This document shows positions 18,944 through 26,255 of a DNA stretch of 59,759 bases, in pieces (position 1 is the first letter of the stretch; every line of letters begins with the position of its first letter). Below the pieces are notes generated by a model that made no database searches, was not told the DNA's origin, and was given only the letters and a program-made list of their open reading frames with translations. The stretch is from an uncultured Gammaproteobacteria bacterium (GTDB lineage: Bacteria; Pseudomonadota; Gammaproteobacteria; Steroidobacterales; Rariloculaceae). A program made the position numbers and the translations under genes. Location: positions 21,489 through 81,247 of the forward strand of contig CAYWGQ010000003.1 of NCBI GenBank assembly GCA_964457725.1. The letters are read 5' to 3'.

Positions 18944-19243
18944 TCAGGCGACGGCGCGAACGACCTTGGCCAGTGCCTCCTCGCCGCGCAGACGGTACAT
19001 CCGGTCGACGATGTCGACCGCGAGCAGCCGTCCGCGGCAATAACGGCCATCGAGCTCGCGCACGAGGCGCTCGCCGATGGATTGTTCACGCAGCTCGACG
19101 AAGCAAACCCTCTCTCGCTCGCCGTGCCACTCGTCGCCGACGGCGAGGATCGAGCGCACGCCCGGATAAGCCGCGAGCAGCTTGCGCGCAGTCGTTTCTT
19201 CGGCTTCGAAAGGAAGATTGGCGATGCGGACTCGAATAGTCAT
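18944..19243 (-). CDS. RRM-like RNA-binding protein
   Basis: 99 aa from the ATG at 19243. IRVRIANLPF (RNP2-like) and RVCFVEL (RNP1-like). Confidence 0.65.
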   Translation of the reverse strand: MTIRVRIANLPFEAEETTARKLLAAYPGVRSILAVGDEWHGERERVCFVELREQSIGERLVRELDGRYCRGRLLAVDIVDRMYRLRGEEALAKVVRAVA

Positions 19244-19250
19244 TCGTCTT

Positions 19251-19266
19251 ACCGTCTGCTGACGGT
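19251..19266 (-). promoter_or_regulatory. hairpin in the 5' leader of the RRM-protein gene
   Basis: ACCGTC-TGCT-GACGGT, ending 8 nt from the ATG at 19243. Confidence 0.3.
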
Positions 19267-19363
19267 CTCGATCGGATGACAGTATCGGCGATCGCGGGCG
19301 CGTCGCTCGATCCGTAATTCTACGGATGAGCGTGCCGCTGCTCGTCGTCCGCAAATCGTCCGT

Positions 19364-20404
19364 TCAACGGCCGCCGCCGAGGTCCGGCCACTCCGACAGC
19401 GGTTCCGTCGATCGCACGACGTGCATCCCGGCCGCCGCGAACCGGCGGAACGCACGGTCCGCCTCGTCGCCGTAGTCGATCACGTTCGGCACGACGACCG
19501 GCGACGTGCAATCCTCGAGCAGGTAGACCTTGCGCGCGAGCGCGCGCTCCTGCGCCTCGATCCCCGCAAGGAGATCGTCGATCGTCCAAGCGACGCAATG
19601 GCTCTTCGCCTGGCCGGCGACGACGATCGCGTCGAATGAGAGCAGCTCCTCGGTCAGCGCCCGGTCCTTCGCGGCGATCGGCTTGCCGTCCGCGCCCTCG
19701 GTGACCTCCGGACCGAGCACGGAATAGTGCTCGGTCAACGCGTTGTCGCCTTTCAGGTGGAAGCTCGGTCGGCTCGTCCGGGCGATGCCGTGAAAGAACA
19801 TCGCCTCCTCGATCAGCGACACGAGCGCGTGGCCGATGCCTCCGAGCATGCTGTGGTACGGCCACACGGTCAGGGCGAACTTGCCGCTGCGCTCGAGCTG
19901 CGCGGCATAGTGCTCGAGGTGCCGGTCGGCGAGCTCCGGAGCGAGCCCGAGCGCCGCCGCCGCGGCCGGGTTGAAGCGCCAACGCCCGCGCCGGACGTCC
20001 TCGAGCGTGACGATCGTGTACGGCGGCGGCGGCTCGCCGCGCTCGTCCAGAAGACACGCCGCGTGGAAGATCTGGATCGCCTGATGCGTGTCCATCGTCG
20101 GCACGATGGTCGTGATCGTGCCGAGGTTCCGGTAGATGAACGCTGCGAGGCGCCGCGTGTCCTCGACCGCCCCCATGCCGGAGCGCCCGCCGACGAAGAG
20201 CTCGAAGCCCGGGATGCAGAACGTGTTCTGCACGTCGACGAGCAGCAGCGCGAGCCGAAACCGATCGTCGGCGGCGGGCCCGATGCGGTGTCTCGCCGCC
20301 CAAGCGCGCGCGTCGCGTGCGCGCTCCTCGTACGGTACCCGCCAGACCTCGGCCGCGCGGCCGTCGTCGAAATGCTCGGGTAGCGGGTACTCGCGGAACG
20401 TCAT
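19364..20404 (-). CDS. isochorismatase-family cysteine hydrolase, nicotinamidase-like
   Basis: [11 protein letters not shown] (Asp), [11 protein letters not shown] (D-x-H...H metal site as in PncA) and [12 protein letters not shown] (nucleophile Cys). At 346 aa it is larger than a typical PncA. Confidence 0.8.
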   Translation of the reverse strand: MTFREYPLPEHFDDGRAAEVWRVPYEERARDARAWAARHRIGPAADDRFRLALLLVDVQNTFCIPGFELFVGGRSGMGAVEDTRRLAAFIYRNLGTITTIVPTMDTHQAIQIFHAACLLDERGEPPPPYTIVTLEDVRRGRWRFNPAAAAALGLAPELADRHLEHYAAQLERSGKFALTVWPYHSMLGGIGHALVSLIEEAMFFHGIARTSRPSFHLKGDNALTEHYSVLGPEVTEGADGKPIAAKDRALTEELLSFDAIVVAGQAKSHCVAWTIDDLLAGIEAQERALARKVYLLEDCTSPVVVPNVIDYGDEADRAFRRFAAAGMHVVRSTEPLSEWPDLGGGR

Positions 20405-20541
20405 CTCGAACCTCTCCGAACGGGTATCGCTTCCACTACAACGCTAAATGACGGGACCGAGCCGCGACGATACGAAGTTTTACGTAAGGCGACGGCTCCA
20501 AGATTTGGGAGCCGCGCGGCTGCGGAGCGCGCCGGACGGCG

Positions 20542-20985
20542 CTACGGCTCGGCGCTCTGCGACGACCGCCCGCGCCGGCCGCCGCCCATGCCGAGGGCGA
20601 CGCCCGCGACGAAGCTCGACACGACGAGATCGGCGCGCCGCGCGCTCGACTCCGAAGCGGCGTCGCCGCGGATCGCCGCACTGCTCGGCGGCGCCTCCTG
20701 CGGGCGCGCCGCGCCCCGTTGCGGCTCCGGCTTCTCCGCGAGCGCGGACCTCGCCGCGAGCGCGAAGGCCGCCGCGAGACCGACCGCGATCGCCGCGGTT
20801 GCGCTCGCCGCGAGCCACGCGCTGACGAGCGTCGCGAGATAGAGGTAAACCGCGGCGAACAGGAACACGCAGCCGACGACGGCCGCGGCGGCGGCCAGAA
20901 CGCCGAGCAGCGCGGCCGCGCGCCAGCGGCGAATACGGCCGGCGGCCGCCTGCGCGAGCCCGCGAAACGGTGCGCCGAGGTTCAT
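20542..20985 (-). CDS. YqjE-like (holin-X/DUF1469-type) membrane protein
   Basis: Two long hydrophobic helices. Starts 5 nt after the elaB/yqjD-like gene, matching the E. coli yqjD-yqjE arrangement. Confidence 0.65.
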   Translation of the reverse strand: MNLGAPFRGLAQAAAGRIRRWRAAALLGVLAAAAAVVGCVFLFAAVYLYLATLVSAWLAASATAAIAVGLAAAFALAARSALAEKPEPQRGAARPQEAPPSSAAIRGDAASESSARRADLVVSSFVAGVALGMGGGRRGRSSQSAEP

Positions 20986-20990
20986 CCGGG

Positions 20991-21272
20991 TCAGCGCCCG
21001 GAATCGAGCAGCTTGCCGATCAGGAAACCGATGCCGAACGCGGTCAGCAGGCTCGCGATCGGCCGCTCCTCGAGCTCGCGGCCGACGAGCTCCTCGGCGG
21101 CGGCCAGGCTCGCGCGCGCCCGCTCGCTGATTTCCTCGAGCGCCTCGTTGCTCCGCGCGGCGCCGAGATCCTTGATCCCGCGTGCGATCGAGGCGACGTC
21201 GCGGCGGAGCGCCTCGAGGTCGCCCTTCAGCTTGTCGATGTCGGCGGCGAGGTCCGTGGTTGTCGTTGTCAT
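20991..21272 (-). CDS. ElaB/YqjD/DUF883 membrane-anchored ribosome-binding protein
   Basis: 93 aa from the ATG at 21272. Coiled N-terminus and a C-terminal anchor RPIASLLTAFGIGFLIGKLL. Confidence 0.8.
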   Translation of the reverse strand: MTTTTTDLAADIDKLKGDLEALRRDVASIARGIKDLGAARSNEALEEISERARASLAAAEELVGRELEERPIASLLTAFGIGFLIGKLLDSGR

Positions 21273-21342
21273 CGTCCGGGGCTCCCGTCGAAGCGGCTGA
21301 TAGTATGCCGCGTGCCGTGCCCCTTCAATGGCACCGGTCGCG

Positions 21343-22149
21343 CTACGCGATGGCCGCATCGAGGACCATCATCAGGGCGAAGCCGGCGAGCACGGCGAAC
21401 GTCGCGTTCGTCTCCCGCCCTTCGCGGTGGGTCTCGGGAATGATCTCCCCGCTCACGACGTAGAGCATCGCGCCGGCGGCGAACGCGAGCGCCCACGGGA
21501 GCAGCCACGCGGCAAGGGTGATCGCGAACGCGCCGAGGATTCCGCCGATCGGCTCTATCAAGCCGGTCGCGAGCGCGATTGCGAATGCCTGGCCGCGGCC
21601 GTAGCCGAGCGCGCCGAGCGCGGCCGCGACGGCGAAGCCTTCGGGCATGTTTTGCAGCCCAATGCCGATCGCGAGCGCGGCGCCGCGCAACGGCTCCTCG
21701 CCGCCGAACCCGACGCCGACCGCCAACCCCTCCGGCAGGTTGTGCAACGCGATCGCGAACACGAACAGCCACAACCGGCCGAAGCGTGCCGTGGACGGCC
21801 CCTCGTGGCCCTTCATGAAGTGCTCGTGCGGCACGAAGCGATGGATCGCCGCGAGGGCCGCGCCGCCGAGCAGCGTGCCCGCGGCGACGACGAGCGCGGC
21901 GCCGATCCCCGGGCCGACGCGCTCGGCCGCCGCCTCGAGACCGGGCAGGATCAACGAGAAACCGGTCGCCGCGAGCATGATGCCCGCCGCGAACGCGAGC
22001 AGGAGCGTATCGGTGCGCGCCGACGTGCGCCCGGCGAGCAGCACCGGCAACGCGCCGACGCCGGTCGCGAGCCCCGCGACGAAGCTGCCGACGATGCCGA
22101 GCGCGAGCGGCGTCGCCGTCGCGAGATACGACTCGATTGCTTCTGGCAT
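21343..22149 (-). CDS. ZIP-family metal transporter
   Basis: 268 aa, polytopic, with HNLPEGLAVG and LQNMPEGFAV motifs. Confidence 0.9.
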   Translation of the reverse strand: MPEAIESYLATATPLALGIVGSFVAGLATGVGALPVLLAGRTSARTDTLLLAFAAGIMLAATGFSLILPGLEAAAERVGPGIGAALVVAAGTLLGGAALAAIHRFVPHEHFMKGHEGPSTARFGRLWLFVFAIALHNLPEGLAVGVGFGGEEPLRGAALAIGIGLQNMPEGFAVAAALGALGYGRGQAFAIALATGLIEPIGGILGAFAITLAAWLLPWALAFAAGAMLYVVSGEIIPETHREGRETNATFAVLAGFALMMVLDAAIA

Positions 22150-22262
22150 GTCCCCGGCGACCGCCGGCCGTGAGGGAATGGATTGCCGCGCCGCGACGCC
22201 GCCCGGTAGTGTAGCGCGAGCCCCAAGCCGACACGGGCGCGGAAACGCGCCGCGGGCCCCAG

Positions 22263-23489
22263 GTGACGCAGAAAAGACCGCCCCTGCCGATCGATGTAGC
22301 GGACGTCCGTGCCGCGGCGGCTCGCATCGCGGGCGCGGTCCGGCGGACGCCGGCCGACGTGTCCGAGACGCTGTCGGCGCTGACCGGCTGCCGGGTGCAC
22401 CTGAAGTTCGAGATCTTCCAGTTCACCGCGTCGTTCAAGGAGCGCGGCGCGTTGAACAAGATTCTGACGTTGACCGAGGCGGAACGGCGCGCGGGCGTGC
22501 TCGCCGTCTCGGCCGGCAATCACGCTCAGGCGGTCGCGTACCATTGCCGGCGGCTCGGCATCGCCGCGACGGTCGTGATGCCGAAGAGCACGCCGTTCTC
22601 GAAGATCGCGCGAACGGTCGAGCTCGGAGCCGAGATTCACCTCGAAGGAGACGGCTTCGCCGAGGCAGCGGCCGTGGCCGCGCGGCTCCGCGCCGAGCGC
22701 GGTCTCGCGCTGATCCATCCGTTCGACGATCCGGCCGTGATGGCCGGGCAAGGGACGCTCGCGCTCGAGTTTCTCGAGGTCTTCCCGGACCTCGATGCGT
22801 TGGTCGTCCCGGTCGGCGGCGGCGGATTGATCGCGGGCGTGGCCGTCGCGGCGAAGGCGGTCAAGCCGGACATCGAGGTGATCGGCGTGCAGGCCGCGGC
22901 CTTTCCCGGCATGAAAGCGGCGCTCGCCGGCACCGAGCCGCCGCCGCCGCGGCAAACGATCGCGGACGGCATCGCCGTCAAGGCGCCCGGTCGGCTGACG
23001 CGGGAAGTCGTCGCCGCGTGCGTCGACGACATCGTGCTCGTCGGCGAGGACGCGATCGAGCAGGCCGTGTGCTCGCTCGTGGAGATCGAGAAGGTCGTCG
23101 TAGAGGGCGCGGGCGCGGCACCGCTCGCCGCCCTGCGAGCCGCACCGCAACGTTTCGCCGGCAGGCGCGTCGGGCTCGTGCTGTCCGGCGCCAACATCGA
23201 CAGCCGCGCCCTCGCGGGGTGCCTGCTGCGCGGCCTCGTGCGCGACGGCCGGATGGTGCGGCTCGCGATCGACATGGAAGACGCGCCGGGCAGCCTCGCT
23301 CGCGTGGCCGCGATCATCGGCGACGCCGGCGGCAACATCATCGAGGTCCTGCACCAGCGGCTGTCGGCCGATCTGTCGCTTCGGTACACGACGCTCGAGA
23401 TCCAGATAGAGACGCGCGACCGCGAGCACACACGTGCGATCATGGCGGCGTTGCAGGCGGGCGGCTTCGCCGTGACGGAGCGGCGTTGA
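22263..23489 (+). CDS. ilvA: threonine ammonia-lyase (short form with one regulatory domain)
   Basis: PLP lysine motif FTASFKERGA. 408 aa with a C-terminal ACT-like domain. GTG start. Confidence 0.9.
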   Translation: MTQKRPPLPIDVADVRAAAARIAGAVRRTPADVSETLSALTGCRVHLKFEIFQFTASFKERGALNKILTLTEAERRAGVLAVSAGNHAQAVAYHCRRLGIAATVVMPKSTPFSKIARTVELGAEIHLEGDGFAEAAAVAARLRAERGLALIHPFDDPAVMAGQGTLALEFLEVFPDLDALVVPVGGGGLIAGVAVAAKAVKPDIEVIGVQAAAFPGMKAALAGTEPPPPRQTIADGIAVKAPGRLTREVVAACVDDIVLVGEDAIEQAVCSLVEIEKVVVEGAGAAPLAALRAAPQRFAGRRVGLVLSGANIDSRALAGCLLRGLVRDGRMVRLAIDMEDAPGSLARVAAIIGDAGGNIIEVLHQRLSADLSLRYTTLEIQIETRDREHTRAIMAALQAGGFAVTERR

Positions 23490-23611
23490 CGAGCGGCGGC
23501 TCGCGCTCCGGCACGACGTTTGCCTATGCGTCGAAGCCGCATCGAGCGGCGGCCCCGGTTGTAACGACGGGGGAACTAGTGGTCACATATGCCATGACTC
23601 GAGGAGGCACG

Positions 23612-23854
23612 ATGGAAGGCAAGACCTTGCAAGTCGGCGCACAGGATCCGGAGCGCAAGAACTCGCCGGTCGTCTGGGGGGAGCTGGACGAAGACGACGA
23701 CGCGTTGCGCGAAGCCGTCCCCGGCGAGCCGGTCTGCTTTTTCAACGACAGCGCCTACCCTCACGGCACGGTCGTGAAGAGCGGCACGACGCGCTTGCGT
23801 TGCGATCGAGGGCTCTGGGTGCCGGCGGGCCCGGCGGACCCCGAGAACCCTTGA
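23612..23854 (+). CDS. small conserved-looking hypothetical protein
   Basis: 80 aa from the ATG at 23612 with GAGGAGG SD. The pattern CFFNDSAYPHGTVVKSGTTRLRCDRGLW resembles DUF1496 (from memory, low certainty). Confidence 0.55.
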   Translation: MEGKTLQVGAQDPERKNSPVVWGELDEDDDALREAVPGEPVCFFNDSAYPHGTVVKSGTTRLRCDRGLWVPAGPADPENP

Positions 23855-23900
23855 GGAACGGCGGCCCGCCGTCGCGAGCAGCATCGAGGGAACGAGAGGA

Positions 23901-24260
23901 ATGGACAACGACTTCGATCCGGTGGTCGGGAACTGGTACGCGCACGTCGACGATGAGAAGACGTTCGTCGTGCTCGCAGTGGACGAGGACAAAGGCGTCG
24001 TCGAAGTGCGCTATGAGGACGGCGAGGTCGAGGAGCTCGATCTCGGCGAGTGGGCGGACCTCGATCTCGAGCAGGTCGAGCCGCCGGAAGACTGGGCAGG
24101 GGGCGAAGAGGACGAGGAGCTCGGGGGCGGCGAGCTGTACGAGGACACCGGCACCTGGCAAGCGCCGTCGCGGCCCCGCCCCGGCAAGAGCTGGGAGGAC
24201 GCGGACGACGACGACGAGGACGAGGATTACGACGACTGGGAGGAGTCGGAGGACTACTAG
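23901..24260 (+). CDS. highly acidic hypothetical protein
   Basis: 119 aa with a structured-looking N-terminal 60 aa followed by a D/E-rich tail. Good codon bias. Confidence 0.6.
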   Translation: MDNDFDPVVGNWYAHVDDEKTFVVLAVDEDKGVVEVRYEDGEVEELDLGEWADLDLEQVEPPEDWAGGEEDEELGGGELYEDTGTWQAPSRPRPGKSWEDADDDDEDEDYDDWEESEDY

Positions 24261-25006
24261 CCGCTCGCGCGGCCGAGCTCGCCGACGCCGAGCCGGTTGA
24301 CCACGCCGTCGACGGCGAACAGGGCCCAGGCGTCGAACTCCGCCGCGTTCCGCTCGGCCTCGCTGCCGACGAGGCCTTCGAGCGTGATCACGCCGTCGCG
24401 GCACGCGGCATTCACCTGGGTTGCATCGACCAGCCAGTCCTTCTCGAGCGCGATCCGCAGCGCGTCGAGGATCTCGTCGTCCGTGTCCTGCTCGTCCGGC
24501 CGGACCCCGAGGCGATTCAGGACGTCGCACGTGCCCGGTACCCACCATGCGAGAACGCCGGCGAGCCGCTTGTGCGAGAGGCTCGGGACCTCGCCGGCGA
24601 GCGTCACCACGCCGTCGTCGACGGATAGCTCTATCCACCACCCCTGCCCGTCCGCGACCGGCCCGCGGACCGTGACGACCTCGGAGCCCGTGCGTCTGCG
24701 GATCTCGCAGGTATCGAAATCCGAGTCACCGACGAGGATCTGCTCGAGGTGGGTGGCGATCGCGTCGTCGGGCATCGGGCTCGCCGGCCGCACGCGCAGC
24801 CGATCGACGACGCCGTTGACGCCCGGCAGCGCCGCCGCCCGCTCGCACGCGACCCGCTTCGCCGCGAGATCCTCGACCTCGCCGCTCAGGGTCGCCACCC
24901 CGCCGCGATCGAGCACGATGTCGATCCGATCGCGCCGCAGGTCGATCCGCGGCTCTTTCTCCAGCGCGGCGAACAGCGCCTTCCGGACCGGCTCTTGATC
25001 GTTCAT
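24257..25006 (-). CDS. BON-domain protein (OsmY-like, three repeats)
   Basis: The pattern ...GVVTLSGEV...A...A.A..VPGV..V.N.L is repeated three times. Confidence 0.8.
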   Translation of the reverse strand: MNDQEPVRKALFAALEKEPRIDLRRDRIDIVLDRGGVATLSGEVEDLAAKRVACERAAALPGVNGVVDRLRVRPASPMPDDAIATHLEQILVGDSDFDTCEIRRRTGSEVVTVRGPVADGQGWWIELSVDDGVVTLAGEVPSLSHKRLAGVLAWWVPGTCDVLNRLGVRPDEQDTDDEILDALRIALEKDWLVDATQVNAACRDGVITLEGLVGSEAERNAAEFDAWALFAVDGVVNRLGVGELGRASG

Positions 25007-25128
25007 GCAACCTCCCCCGCGCCTCCGTCCGTTCGACCCACCCTACCGGGCCGGAACCGCGCGAGCGATAAGTGCTTGTACGAACCCCGAGCCCCCCTCG
25101 GCGAGCCGGGGCCTTCCGTGCGTCCCCG

Positions 25129-25144
25129 GGCGTTTCGTAACGCC
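25129..25144. promoter_or_regulatory. palindrome in the BON / cytochrome c divergent region
   Basis: GGCGTT-TCGT-AACGCC, 11 nt upstream of a TATACT -10-like hexamer (25156..25161). Confidence 0.3.
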
Positions 25145-25206
25145 GGTGCCTTCCCTATACTCTGCGGCTGCGAGCGGCCACCCGGGGGCGGCCGAGGAGA
25201 AAGAAC

Positions 25207-26190
25207 GTGAAGATTCTCAGGGGAGCCGGCATCACCACGACCGTTGGCTGCATCGCTCTGTTGTCCGCCTGCGGGCAGAGCGACGCTCCGAGCGGTGCCG
25301 CACAGACGCAAAACGAATCGGTACAGACCCAGGCGCAGACACCTGCCGCGCAGCCCGCGGCCACTCCGGCGGCGAGCCAACCGGACCGGGCGGCCCAGCT
25401 CGAGCGGGGCCGCTACCTCGTCGAGACGATCGCCGGCTGCGGCAATTGCCACACGCCGCACAATCCGGACGGCACGTTGAACCAAGAGATGGCGTACGCC
25501 GGCGCCTACGTGATCACGGAGCCCGAGTTCGTCGCGTATGCGCCGAACATCACGCCGGATATGGAAACCGGCATCGGCAGCTGGTCCGAGGAGGACATCG
25601 TCCACGCGCTCCGCAACGGCATCCGGCCGGACGGCCGCGTGCTCGGACCGCCGATGTCGTTCCCGTGGTACCGGCGCTTGTCCGACACCGACGCTTACGC
25701 GATCGCCGCGTATATCAAGACCGTGCCGGCGATCCGCAACGAGGTGCCGCGCAGCGAGTACCACATCCCGCTCGAGGGCTACGGTCCGATCGTCACGAGC
25801 GTGCCCGACGTGCCGCGCGACGATCCGGTCCGCTACGGCGAGTACCTCGCGGGCCCGGTCGGGCACTGCATGGACTGCCACACGACGCTCGTGATGGGGC
25901 GCAACGACATGGCGCAGCTCGGCCGCGGCCAGAACGTGTTCCGGCAGCCGTTCAACATGCCGTGGACTGCGATCGCGGCGAACATCACGCCGCACGAGGA
26001 CGGCATCGGCGGCTGGACGGACGAGGAGATCAAGCGGGCGATCACGCAAGGCGTGAGCCGCGACGGCCGGCAGCTCCTGCCGTTCATGCCGTTCGAGCTC
26101 TACGACGACATCGAGGAGCGCGACCTCGACGCGATCGTGGCCTATCTGAAGTCGATTCCGCCGCTGCCGACGATCCCGCCGGCAGAGTAG
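25207..26190 (+). CDS. diheme c-type cytochrome lipoprotein
   Basis: Lipobox LLSAC. Heme motifs CGNCH and CMDCH. GTG start after an AGGAGA SD. Confidence 0.85.
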   Translation: MKILRGAGITTTVGCIALLSACGQSDAPSGAAQTQNESVQTQAQTPAAQPAATPAASQPDRAAQLERGRYLVETIAGCGNCHTPHNPDGTLNQEMAYAGAYVITEPEFVAYAPNITPDMETGIGSWSEEDIVHALRNGIRPDGRVLGPPMSFPWYRRLSDTDAYAIAAYIKTVPAIRNEVPRSEYHIPLEGYGPIVTSVPDVPRDDPVRYGEYLAGPVGHCMDCHTTLVMGRNDMAQLGRGQNVFRQPFNMPWTAIAANITPHEDGIGGWTDEEIKRAITQGVSRDGRQLLPFMPFELYDDIEERDLDAIVAYLKSIPPLPTIPPAE

Positions 26191-26216
26191 CTTCGCGCCG
26201 GCACGAGCCGGAGAAG

Positions 26217-26255
26217 GCGCCGCTCCGCATCCCGCGGAGCGGCGCTTTTTCTTTT
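26217..26255 (+). terminator. Rho-independent terminator after the diheme cytochrome c gene
   Basis: Perfect 12-bp stem GCGCCGCTCCGC / GCGGAGCGGCGC with a 5-nt loop, followed by TTTTTCTTTT. The T-tract runs into the TBDR stop codon. Confidence 0.8.

Noticed and set aside
18709-19089. 126-aa minus-strand ORF (Gly-rich tail) as a full-length gene
   Set aside because: Its first half overlaps the RRM gene in a different frame. Only the part inside the 18653..18943 gap is considered, and it is reported as an ambiguous finding.
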